A stretch of 40,974 bases of DNA from an uncultured bacterium (lineage in GTDB: Bacteria; Patescibacteriota; Minisyncoccia; UBA6257; 2-01-FULL-56-20): contig OY970382.1 in assembly GCA_963719425.1 (NCBI GenBank), positions 201,888 to 242,861 on the forward strand. The letters are read 5' to 3'. A model generated the notes under the pieces. It was not told the DNA's origin and ran no database searches. It saw only the letters and a program-made list of their open reading frames with translations. Both the position numbers and the translations under genes were made by a program. Position 1 is the first letter of the stretch, and each line of letters begins with the position of its first letter. Of the stretch, positions 18,376 through 27,569 are shown one piece after another.

Positions 18376-18446
18376 GGGCTCATAGTATAGTGGTAATACG
18401 CCGCATTCGCATTGCGGAGACGCGAGTCCGATTCTCGCTGAGTCCA
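18376..18446 (+). tRNA. tRNA-Ala(CGC)
   Basis: Cloverleaf with G3:U70, A73, anticodon loop TT-CGC-AT; T-loop TCCGATT; no CCA. Confidence 0.9.
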
Positions 18447-18455
18447 CATTAATCC

Positions 18456-18767
18456 ATGAAAAAATCGGAATATCTCTCAAAGAGTTTGGTAAGCGCGGTC
18501 GGCACGTTCTTGTATGTTGCTGTGGTTGCCTGGCTCGGTTTCAATAGTCAAACGATCTTCGGCAAGACGACCAGCTTTCTTGCGCCGTTGTTCGCATTGT
18601 TGTTGTTTGTCATATCGGCTTCCGTCACGGGGTTATTGGTATTAGGAAGGCCCATGCACCTATACTTGAACGGTCTTAAAAAAGAGGCATTCGTCCTACT
18701 CTTTGCCACTTTGGCGTGGCTCATTCTGTTTCTCATTGGGGTTGTGATTGTGCTATTGCTACGGTAA
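18456..18767 (+). CDS. Small 3-TM membrane protein
   Basis: 103 aa, three hydrophobic segments. Confidence 0.7.
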   Translation: MKKSEYLSKSLVSAVGTFLYVAVVAWLGFNSQTIFGKTTSFLAPLFALLLFVISASVTGLLVLGRPMHLYLNGLKKEAFVLLFATLAWLILFLIGVVIVLLLR

Positions 18768-18775
18768 CCTATAGC

Positions 18776-18991
18776 ATGAAAACCATGTGGAAGTTTCTGA
18801 AATACATCACAAACAACGAGGAGAAATCGCGGCACGAGGAAATCTTTGACGCGATTTTTTGGATCATTGAAACGGTCATGCTCGTGTTCGGCACCTGGAT
18901 CCTTATTGCGATGCACGATCCGCAGTGGATCGCGTTTCTGTTCATTGAATACTGCTGGGCGATGGACAACCTGCGGCATAACCGGCCATAG
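18776..18991 (+). CDS. Small membrane protein (71 aa)
   Basis: ATG at 18776 after the upstream stop; hydrophobic C-terminal half. Confidence 0.6.
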   Translation: MKTMWKFLKYITNNEEKSRHEEIFDAIFWIIETVMLVFGTWILIAMHDPQWIAFLFIEYCWAMDNLRHNRP

Positions 18992-19024
18992 CCTGCCGGG
19001 AATTTTTTGATATACTGTAGTCCT

Positions 19025-19717
19025 ATGGATAAAATAACTCTTTGGTTCATTGTGGCATTTGTGGTGCTTGCGGTCGCGGTCGTGATTGTGGCGGGCGTGA
19101 TGTCGGGCGGGTTTTCCGCAGTGACGAACAGTAGCAGTACGCCCGCGGGGTTCGTGGCGACAACGGTACCCGCGATCGCGTCTTCCGACTGGACGCGCGG
19201 CAATGCGAACGCGAAGGTGACGGTGATTGAATATGCCGACTATGAATGCCCGGCATGTGCCGAATGGGCGCCGATCATGAGCCAGCTTGTGCAGAATTTC
19301 AGCAGCACGGTCATTTTCGCGTTCAGGAATTTTCCCCTGTATTCCGTTCACCCCGATGCGCAGATTTCCGCGCAGGCGGTGGAAGCGGCAGGGCTTCAGG
19401 GAAAGTATTGGGAGATGCACGACTTGTTGTATCAAAAACAAAATGAGTGGGTAGCCGCATCACCGGACGCGGTCGTGGGCCAGTATTTTGATGGATATGC
19501 TTCATTGCTCGGCTTGGATATGAACAAATTTAACCAAGACATTGGCTCAAGCGCGGTGACCGCGAAGATTGCTGCCGATGTGGCGAGTGGGAACGCCGCT
19601 TCCATTGACCACACGCCGACATTTTTCGTGAATCAGAAGCAAATTCCCAATCCGAACGGCTTTGATGACTTTAAAGCGGTGCTTGACCAAGCTTTGGCGT
19701 CGTCCACAGCCGGCTAG
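19025..19717 (+). CDS. Membrane-anchored DsbA-family thiol-disulfide oxidoreductase
   Basis: N-terminal TM, EYADYECPAC active site, cis-Pro TPTF. Confidence 0.9.
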   Translation: MDKITLWFIVAFVVLAVAVVIVAGVMSGGFSAVTNSSSTPAGFVATTVPAIASSDWTRGNANAKVTVIEYADYECPACAEWAPIMSQLVQNFSSTVIFAFRNFPLYSVHPDAQISAQAVEAAGLQGKYWEMHDLLYQKQNEWVAASPDAVVGQYFDGYASLLGLDMNKFNQDIGSSAVTAKIAADVASGNAASIDHTPTFFVNQKQIPNPNGFDDFKAVLDQALASSTAG

Positions 19718-19782
19718 GCTGAATCGGTTATAATAATAAGGTAGCCTAAAGGTCGACGGTTTTGGGGGTTTGTCATGAAATA

Positions 19783-20466
19783 ATGATAATACAGAGTTGG
19801 ACTGAATTTGTGGTAGCGTCGCTTCAGAGCGTATGGCTCCAGTTCGCGAGCTTTGTGCCGAACCTGATCGGAGCGATCATCGTTCTTATTCTCGGCCTTA
19901 TCGTTGCCGCAGCGCTGGGAACGCTCGTGGAAAAGATCTTTGAAGCGCTTCGCTTGGACAGGTTTCTTGAAAAGCTTGGCCTGAAGCCCTATTTTGAACG
20001 CGCTGGCCTTCGCCTTCAGGGATCGTACTTCCTCGGCCGCTTGGTCTACTGGTTCATCGTGATCGCGTTTCTGCTTGCGGTGTGCAGCAGCTTGGGTCTC
20101 TATGCACTCTCAAACTTCTTGGGCGCGGTACTCACATATATTCCGAACGTGATGGCGGCGGTGCTCATCATGCTCGCCGCGGTGGTCGTGGGACATTTCA
20201 TGCGGCGGGTCGTGATGGCGTCGGTTTTGAGTGCAAAGCTCCACGCGGCGCACTTCTTGGGGACGCTCACGTGGTGGGCAATCGTGATCTTTGGATTCCT
20301 TGCGGCGCTTACGCAGCTCGAGATTGCGGTTTCTATCATCCAGAGCATCGTGACGGGATTCATCGCGATGCTTGCCTTAGCCGGCGGTTTGGCCTTCGGC
20401 CTCGGCGGGAGAGAATACGCGGCATACCTTTTGGGAAAGTTGCGCGATCGCACGGAAGCGCGATAG
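19783..20466 (+). CDS. TM-helix repeat protein (CmpX / MscS N-terminal-like)
   Basis: PNLIGAIIVL and YIPNVMAAVLI repeats, AGGLAFGLGG C-terminus. Confidence 0.7.
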   Translation: MIIQSWTEFVVASLQSVWLQFASFVPNLIGAIIVLILGLIVAAALGTLVEKIFEALRLDRFLEKLGLKPYFERAGLRLQGSYFLGRLVYWFIVIAFLLAVCSSLGLYALSNFLGAVLTYIPNVMAAVLIMLAAVVVGHFMRRVVMASVLSAKLHAAHFLGTLTWWAIVIFGFLAALTQLEIAVSIIQSIVTGFIAMLALAGGLAFGLGGREYAAYLLGKLRDRTEAR

Positions 20467-20490
20467 ATTGCCTTCTTGTATTAAAGGATT

Positions 20491-20519
20491 CTAAAGCCCC
20501 GCTTGACGCGGGGTTTTAG
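20491..20519 (+). terminator. Intrinsic terminator overlapping the rpsP -35 box
   Basis: AAAGCCCCGC-TTGAC-GCGGGGTTTT. Confidence 0.65.
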
Positions 20520-20531
20520 AATTGCTACACT
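20503..20531 (+). promoter_or_regulatory. rpsP promoter
   Basis: TTGACG-17-TACACT with extended TG; ATG 7 nt downstream. Confidence 0.7.
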
Positions 20532-20538
20532 ATTCCCT

Positions 20539-20895
20539 ATGTTAGCGATTAAACTACAGCGTGTGGGCAAGAAGCACCAGCCGAGCTACCGGTTCATAGT
20601 GGCGGAAAAACGTTCCAAAATGGCGGCGCCGCCAGTGGAGGATTTGGGTGCCTACAATCCATTTACCAAGATAGCGACGCTCAATAGAGAACGCATCGTG
20701 CATTGGATGAAAATGGGCGCGCAGCCGACGCTTACGGTGCATAATTTGCTTGTAGCGCACGGGGTGCTTTCCCTTCCAAAGAAGATGGTGAAGATGAGAA
20801 AAAAAGCAAAAGTGGGGGAAAGGGCAGCAGTCGGTCCTGCGGCAGCTTCTGCAGACAAAGAGAAAATGGCTGAAACCGCCGTGGCGGCACAATAG
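20539..20895 (+). CDS. rpsP: 30S ribosomal protein bS16
   Basis: MLAIKLQRVGKKHQPSYRFIVA, LGAYNP, GAQPT; basic C-terminal extension. Confidence 0.95.
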   Translation: MLAIKLQRVGKKHQPSYRFIVAEKRSKMAAPPVEDLGAYNPFTKIATLNRERIVHWMKMGAQPTLTVHNLLVAHGVLSLPKKMVKMRKKAKVGERAAVGPAAASADKEKMAETAVAAQ

Positions 20896-20925
20896 CGAAA
20901 GGTCGAAAGCACAAACAGAAGTTCA

Positions 20926-21255
20926 ATGGCGAATTCATCTACTGCAGATCAGGAATTCCTTGAGTATCTGGTGAAGTCTCTCGTGGACCATCCCGAGGAC
21001 GTGAAGGTTGACCGCAAGGTTGACGAGATGGGCGTTTTGCTCTCGCTTCGCGTGAACGCGATGGATATGGGCCAGGTGGTCGGCCGGCAGGGCGCGACCG
21101 CAAAGGCCATCCGCTCGCTCTTGAGGATCGTAGGCGTCAAAAACAACGCCCGCGTGAATTTGAAGATTGAAGAGCCGGAGGGCAGCACACGGCCCCCGAG
21201 GACCGAACGGCCGAGAGGCGAAGGAAGACCGGAAGGACAGCGCGACGGGTACTAA
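20926..21255 (+). CDS. khpA: KH-domain RNA-binding protein KhpA
   Basis: LVDHPEDV, DMGQVVGRQGATAKAIRSLL; canonical position after rpsP. Confidence 0.88.
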   Translation: MANSSTADQEFLEYLVKSLVDHPEDVKVDRKVDEMGVLLSLRVNAMDMGQVVGRQGATAKAIRSLLRIVGVKNNARVNLKIEEPEGSTRPPRTERPRGEGRPEGQRDGY

Positions 21256-21281
21256 GAAAAACTCTTTCGCTGGATAAATTC

Positions 21282-21315
21282 AAAAGCCGCCCGGAGTTGC
21301 ATCCCGGCGGTTTTT
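21282..21315 (+). terminator. Intrinsic (possibly bidirectional) terminator
   Basis: AAAAGCCGCC..GGA-GTTGCA-TCC..GGCGGTTTTT. Confidence 0.65.
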
Positions 21316-21335
21316 GGTTTATAATCCTATCCGAG

Positions 21336-21899
21336 ATGGCACTTGCTTACACGGATCTCACCAAGGGGATTCTTTTTGTTATGGACGAGGCGCCGTACGA
21401 GGTGCTTGAGTCCCATTTTTTGCGTATGCAACAGCGGAAGGCCGTGGTGCAGACGCGCATCAAGAACCTGATCACAGGGAAGATTGTTGACCGGAATTTC
21501 CAGCCGAGCGATTTGTTTGAGGAAGCGGAGATTGAAAAGAAATCGGCGATGTTCATCTACGCGAGCCGCGGCGAGTATTGGTTCCACGAGGGAGGGAATC
21601 CTAAAAACCGCTTTTCGCTTCCCGTTGCTACGGTAGGGGAGCAAAGCCAGTTTTTGAAACCGAACACCAAGGTAACATTGTTCACATTCAACGACAAGGT
21701 TATTAAGGTGGACATTCCGATCAAGATGGAGTTCAAGGTACTTGAGGCGCCGCCGGCGATCCGCGGGAACACCGCGCAGGGTGGGACGAAGCAGGTGACG
21801 ATTGAGGGAGGGACAAAGATCAACGTGCCGCTCTTTGTGAACGAGGGCGAGACAATTCGGATCAATACCCAGACCGGCGAGTACGTGGAGCGGGTCTAG
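21336..21899 (+). CDS. efp: Elongation factor P
   Basis: KNLITG, PPAIRGNTAQGGTK, VPLFVNEGETIRINTQTGEYVER. Confidence 0.94.
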   Translation: MALAYTDLTKGILFVMDEAPYEVLESHFLRMQQRKAVVQTRIKNLITGKIVDRNFQPSDLFEEAEIEKKSAMFIYASRGEYWFHEGGNPKNRFSLPVATVGEQSQFLKPNTKVTLFTFNDKVIKVDIPIKMEFKVLEAPPAIRGNTAQGGTKQVTIEGGTKINVPLFVNEGETIRINTQTGEYVERV

Positions 21900-22516
21900 C
21901 GCCGTTCGGCGGTGTGACGTTGCCGTTGCGCGATGCGCCTCTCCTTTTTCCAGAGGACCAGATACGCGACGAGGATCGCGGAATAGTTTGCGATCATGAA
22001 CCATGGTGCGGCCCACGAAAATCCGTAGAGGAATTTCCAATGCGAGATTGGCCAAAAGAGCGGCGTGGGAAAGAATTGCGCCGAGTGCGTGGGGATGTCT
22101 ATAAGAATATGCAACAGCCAGCCGCCGAGTTCCCAGATTGGCCGCCGAAAAACGAGCCAGGCAAGGAAAAATGCCGCGCCAAAAACGATCAGGCTGTGAC
22201 TTATATCATAGAGGTTGTAGGCGAGCTGGAGGATTGGGATCCGCTGTTCCAAGACGCTTGTGGGCGCGGTTTGGGATCGGGGAATTTGTCCGAGAGATAT
22301 ATTACCCGAAAGCACTCCGAACGCGATCACGAAGAATGGAATTGTGAAAGCAAAAAGATCGGGGAAAATGCCCCAGAAGGCCGCGTGCCAAACGTTCAAT
22401 GGCCGGCGGATCAAGCGAGGGCGCTCGGTTTCCGGCTTTTTCCTGAGCCTCAGATTTACGGCGCGCGCGGCAGCGGCCGTCCAGAGCCCATGCGCGAAAA
22501 TATCCATACGCTTCAT
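21896..22516 (-). CDS. Membrane metal-dependent hydrolase-like protein
   Basis: AHGLW, FPDL, SHSL, LHILIDIPTH, LFWP in a hydrophobic protein. Confidence 0.55.
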   Translation of the reverse strand: MKRMDIFAHGLWTAAAARAVNLRLRKKPETERPRLIRRPLNVWHAAFWGIFPDLFAFTIPFFVIAFGVLSGNISLGQIPRSQTAPTSVLEQRIPILQLAYNLYDISHSLIVFGAAFFLAWLVFRRPIWELGGWLLHILIDIPTHSAQFFPTPLFWPISHWKFLYGFSWAAPWFMIANYSAILVAYLVLWKKERRIAQRQRHTAERR

Positions 22517-22542
22517 TATATGCTATCTTTTCAGCTAAAATC

Positions 22543-23646
22543 ATGATGATGGAAAAAAAGACCGTTTTTGTCGCCATGTCGGGCGGGGTGGACAGTTCCG
22601 TCGCGGCGATGCTTTTGCGGGACGGGGGTCACGATGTGGTCGGCGTTTTTATGCGTTGTTACAATCTGGACGGCTGCGCCGAACGGGACGCAGAGGATGC
22701 GCGCCGCGTGGCGGAGCATTTGGGGATCCCGTTCTACGTCTGGGATTTTGAGGAGGAATACAAACGGCGCGTGGTGGATTACATGATAGAGGGTTATCGT
22801 GCGGGTATCACGCCCAATCCGGATGTGATGTGCAACCGCGAGATCAAATTCGGAATGTTTTTAGAAAAGGCACTCGCCACGGGGGCGGATTACGTGGCGA
22901 CCGGCCACTACGTGCGGCGCAGCAAAAAGGAGGCCCCATCGGGCGGGGAGAGCTTTTCGCTTTTTATTGCAAAAGATCAGAACAAGGAGCAATCCTATTT
23001 TCTTTGGACGCTCACCCAGGAGCAGATCGCACATTGCCTTTTTCCGATTGGCGATTATTTGAAGCCCACGGTGCGCGCGATGGCCCGTGAAGCAGGATTG
23101 CCCACGGCCGCGAAGAAAGATTCGCAAGGGATATGTTTTTTGGGGAATATTTCGCTCGCGGATTTTCTGAAACGATATATCCCCGAACGGCGCGGGGCAC
23201 TCGTCACGGTCGCGGGCAAAAAAATCGGGGAGCACGCGGGCGCTGCATTCTATACGATCGGGGAGCGGCACCTGAACGCCGATTTCAAATTTCCAAAGAC
23301 CGGTATTGCGAAGGAGCGCAAGCCGTTTTATGTCGTCGCGAAAAACGTTACGGAGAACACGGTCACGGTCGCGGAAGGAAACGAAAACCAGGCCCTTTAC
23401 AGGAAGAAGATCAGGCTTATGGATCCAAATTTTATCTGCGGAGAAAGCACGGCGGAAGTCCCGGCGCGGGTTTTTGCGCGCGTCCGCTACCGGCAGCCGC
23501 TCGCGGCGGCAAAATTGTCAAAATCGGAAGGCGACGGTTACATGCTGGAATTCAGAGAACCCCAAAAGTTCGTGGCATCGGGACAATCCGCGGTTTGGTA
23601 TTCCAACGAGGGCGAAATGCTCGGGGGGGCGGTGATATCAGGCTGA
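22543..23646 (+). CDS. mnmA: tRNA-specific 2-thiouridylase MnmA
   Basis: AMSGGVDSS, TPNPDVMCN, ATGHY, KDSQGICF, YTIGER, RYRQ, GQSAV. Confidence 0.96.
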   Translation: MMMEKKTVFVAMSGGVDSSVAAMLLRDGGHDVVGVFMRCYNLDGCAERDAEDARRVAEHLGIPFYVWDFEEEYKRRVVDYMIEGYRAGITPNPDVMCNREIKFGMFLEKALATGADYVATGHYVRRSKKEAPSGGESFSLFIAKDQNKEQSYFLWTLTQEQIAHCLFPIGDYLKPTVRAMAREAGLPTAAKKDSQGICFLGNISLADFLKRYIPERRGALVTVAGKKIGEHAGAAFYTIGERHLNADFKFPKTGIAKERKPFYVVAKNVTENTVTVAEGNENQALYRKKIRLMDPNFICGESTAEVPARVFARVRYRQPLAAAKLSKSEGDGYMLEFREPQKFVASGQSAVWYSNEGEMLGGAVISG

Positions 23647-23659
23647 CCGGCCGGGCAGG

Positions 23660-23689
23660 TTGACAGGGCGCTTGCACTACAGCTATAAT
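23660..23689 (+). promoter_or_regulatory. 16S rRNA promoter
   Basis: TTGACA-18-TATAAT; boxA-like CGCTGTTTTACAA at 23710-23722. Confidence 0.8.
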
Positions 23690-23734
23690 AGAACCCGTGC
23701 AGAAATGACCGCTGTTTTACAACTGAATAGCAGT

Positions 23735-23757
23735 AGAGAGTTTTTTAGTTGTCCCAA
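23735..23757 (+). other. 5' strand of the 16S processing stalk
   Basis: Pairs over 23 positions (three G:U) with 25437-25459. Confidence 0.8.
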
Positions 23758-23855
23758 TTTATTCTTTTTTGGCAACGTTTTTGAGTGATCAAACAATGTT
23801 GTATGGAATTCGTTCGAACCCCTCTATAGAGGGTTTGAATGAAGATTCAAATCTT

Positions 23856-25405
<1,550 letters not shown>

Positions 25406-25436
25406 TAAGTCGATAACGCGCGGTCGCGCGTTAAGG

Positions 25437-25459
25437 TTGGGGCAACTAAAAAGCTCTTT
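25437..25459 (+). other. 3' strand of the 16S processing stalk
   Basis: TTGGGGCAACTAAAAAGCTCTTT is complementary to 23735-23757; preceded by hairpin AACGCGC-GGTC-GCGCGTT (25415-25432). Confidence 0.8.
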
Positions 25460-25488
25460 GCGAATGTGATACAATAAGCATTACGAGC

Positions 25489-25863
25489 ATGCCGCAGGGA
25501 AAGAAAGTTATGGTGATTGAGGACGACAAGTTCTTGTCTTCCTTGATCAAGGCGCGCCTTGAAAGGGATGGCTACACGGTCATCCAGGCGTTTAACGGCG
25601 ATGAGGCAATCCAGTCGTTGCGGAAAGAAAGACCGGATCTCATTACCCTTGACCTCGTCATGCCGCGCGTGACCGGATTTGAGGTATTACAGACGATCGC
25701 TATCACGCCGGGACTTGAAAAAGTCCCCGTCGTGATTCTTTCCAATCTCGCACAAGAATCGGATGTGGAGAAAGCACGGCAGCTGGGCGCGCAGGAATAT
25801 TTCGTGAAGGTGAAGATTTCCATTGATGATCTCATTGGAAAGATAGAATCGTTGGCACAATAA
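25489..25863 (+). CDS. Single-domain response regulator (CheY-like receiver)
   Basis: IEDD, LDLVMP phospho-Asp, ILSN, FVK; TGATACAAT upstream. Confidence 0.9.
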   Translation: MPQGKKVMVIEDDKFLSSLIKARLERDGYTVIQAFNGDEAIQSLRKERPDLITLDLVMPRVTGFEVLQTIAITPGLEKVPVVILSNLAQESDVEKARQLGAQEYFVKVKISIDDLIGKIESLAQ

Positions 25864-25864
25864 T

Positions 25865-26167
25865 ATGATTACAGAAGATGTTATGAAAAGGATAAAGCCC
25901 GGAGCCAAGGTCCGGGTGTATGAAGGCAAAACCCCCTTTGAGGGGCTTGTGATCGCGCGCAAGCACGGTGCGGAAGCCGGGGCGACCTTCACGGTCCGTA
26001 CGATCGTTGCGGGAGTCGGCGTGGAGAAAGTCTATCCACTGCACTCGCCCGCTATCCAAAAAGTGACGGTCGTTGTGAGTCCAAAGAAAGTGCGTCGTTC
26101 AAAATTGTATTTTGTCCGCGGCATCTCCGGCGCGCGCATCCGAGCAAAGCTCGACGTATCGGTGTAA
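25865..26167 (+). CDS. rplS: 50S ribosomal protein bL19
   Basis: PGAKVRV, FEGLVIA, TFTVR, GVEKVYPLHSP, VRRSKLYFVR. Confidence 0.93.
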   Translation: MITEDVMKRIKPGAKVRVYEGKTPFEGLVIARKHGAEAGATFTVRTIVAGVGVEKVYPLHSPAIQKVTVVVSPKKVRRSKLYFVRGISGARIRAKLDVSV

Positions 26168-26187
26168 CACGCACCTAAAACTTGTTC

Positions 26188-26218
26188 GCTCCTGCGAGGA
26201 CGAAGTCGCTCACAAGCT
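26188..26218 (+). repeat. 31-bp intergenic repeat, copy 1
   Basis: GCTCCTGCGAGGACGAAGTCGCTCACAAGCT; 29/31 identical to 32726-32756; sits in the loop of a long stem 26166-26231. Confidence 0.75.
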
Positions 26219-26260
26219 TTTGGAGCGTGTTGCGCGACTCTTGCGTGCTAGGGTGAGATT

Positions 26261-26908
26261 GTGAAATCATTTGGGAAAATCAAGCTTCAATGGTCGGCCG
26301 AATTCGCATATGCGATCGGGCTTTTGATGACGGACGGATGTTTGTCATCGGATGGACGGCACATTGATCTTACTTCCAAGGACGAAGAACAATTGTTGAA
26401 TTTCAAGAAATGTTTGGGCATCGGAACGAAAATCGGCTTTAAAACAAGCGGCTCCGGGAGAAAGGCCATGCGAGTTCAATTCGGCGATGTGAGTTTTTAT
26501 AATTTTCTTTTTGATATCGGGCTCATGCCGCGCAAGACAAAAATCATCGGAGCGGTAAAAATACCGGAAGAATACTTCTTTGATTTTCTCCGCGGCCATC
26601 TCGACGGTGACGACACCTTTTATTCGTATTGGGATCCGCGATGGCGGTCAAGCTATATGTTTTATACTGTTTTTCTCTCGGCAAGTCGTGCTCATATTGA
26701 ATGGATTAGGGCTAATGTCTTTGGAAAACTCGGCATCAAAGGCCACATGACGATAACTGGCAAGACGCCCATGTACGAAATGAAATATGCAAAAGCAGAA
26801 TCGTTGCAATTACTGCCAAAATTGTATTATAATCCGCATGTAGTTTGCCTTTCTCGCAAACGTGAAAAAATTGAGAAAGCGCTTGCGGTTGAGGGCAAAT
26901 GGTTATAG
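26261..26908 (+). CDS. Free-standing LAGLIDADG-family endonuclease-like protein
   Basis: Two motifs AYAIGLLMTDG and FLRGHLDGDD; GTG start; ends 2 nt before tRNA-Leu. Confidence 0.82.
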   Translation: MKSFGKIKLQWSAEFAYAIGLLMTDGCLSSDGRHIDLTSKDEEQLLNFKKCLGIGTKIGFKTSGSGRKAMRVQFGDVSFYNFLFDIGLMPRKTKIIGAVKIPEEYFFDFLRGHLDGDDTFYSYWDPRWRSSYMFYTVFLSASRAHIEWIRANVFGKLGIKGHMTITGKTPMYEMKYAKAESLQLLPKLYYNPHVVCLSRKREKIEKALAVEGKWL

Positions 26909-26910
26909 CT

Positions 26911-26991
26911 GCGCGGGTGGCGAAACGGTAAACGCGTGCGTTCGAGGGGCGCATGCCGAAAGGCTTGGAGGTTCGATTCCTCTCCCGCGCA
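26911..26991 (+). tRNA. tRNA-Leu(GAG)
   Basis: GCGCGGG/CCCGCGC acceptor, A73, long variable arm GCC-GAAA-GGC, anticodon loop TC-GAG-GG. Confidence 0.88.
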
Positions 26992-27076
26992 CAAAGACAA
27001 AAAGTATAGATTTTAATTGGGTAAAATAGGTTCGAACCCTGGAGCGAATCTATTTAAATAGGAGTATGATTAAGTC

Positions 27077-27244
27077 ATGAACTCCTCATATGTCGCAGCG
27101 GTCTTCGTTGTGCTGATGGTAGCCGTCATAATCGGCGTGGATATCCTATTCTTCAGGAACCTCTTTTGGGAACGGCTAGCTGTGAATGTGGGAATTGTTC
27201 TAATATTTATAGCATTCTACTTGAGATTCCTAAAGCATCTATAA
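27077..27244 (+). CDS. 55-aa two-TM membrane protein (not in ORF track)
   Basis: MNSSYVAAVFVVLMVAVIIGVDILFFRNLFWERLAVNVGIVLIFIAFYLRFLKHL; TATGAT 6 nt before the ATG. Confidence 0.75.
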   Translation: MNSSYVAAVFVVLMVAVIIGVDILFFRNLFWERLAVNVGIVLIFIAFYLRFLKHL

Positions 27245-27315
27245 ACGGATTTTCTGCATAAAATAGGTTCGAATTTGATCCGATCCTAAGGGCCATAAAA
27301 ACCTAATTACAAAAT

Positions 27316-27489
27316 ATGAAAAAATATTATATTGGGACTATCGCCGTAACCCTTGTCATATTGGCTGTCGGTTACTTCCTCGCCTCCGCCGCCACGTTTC
27401 ACGATATTTTCTCAGTTATCTGCGGTATCTGGATTGGATATGTCGCCGCGTGTGTGCACAGCTGGTACTACGCAAAGAAGTCGAAATAA
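27316..27489 (+). CDS. 57-aa two-TM membrane protein (not in ORF track)
   Basis: MKKYYIGTIAVTLVILAVGYFLASAATFHDIFSVICGIWIGYVAACVHSWYYAKKSK; basic residues at both ends. Confidence 0.7.
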   Translation: MKKYYIGTIAVTLVILAVGYFLASAATFHDIFSVICGIWIGYVAACVHSWYYAKKSK

Positions 27490-27569
27490 CGGCCGACCCT
27501 GTCAAACTATGGACTTAAAATAGGTTCGAACTTGGTTCGCTGTCCCGCACAAATTGGTATGATGGAAGG

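Larger units (their letters stand above)
27022..27530 (+). repeat. Three exact 15-bp direct repeats TAAAATAGGTTCGAA
   Basis: Copies at 27022-27036, 27259-27273 and 27516-27530; periods 237 and 257 nt. Confidence 0.92.

Noticed and set aside
26911-26991. tRNA-Ser(CGA) reading of the tRNA at 26911
   Set aside because: Shifting the loop by one base gives a G:G mismatch in the anticodon stem; A73 and the D-arm fit Leu.
27022-27530. CRISPR array or classical integron
   Set aside because: Repeats are only 15 bp with 220-240 nt protein-coding spacers; no cas or intI gene, and no GTTRRRY/RYYYAAC attC structure.
27524-27538. GTTC-N7-GTTC LexA-like box upstream of recO
   Set aside because: Matches the alphaproteobacterial LexA motif, but only in one of three repeat copies and the cognate LexA motif of this lineage is unknown to me; could be chance.
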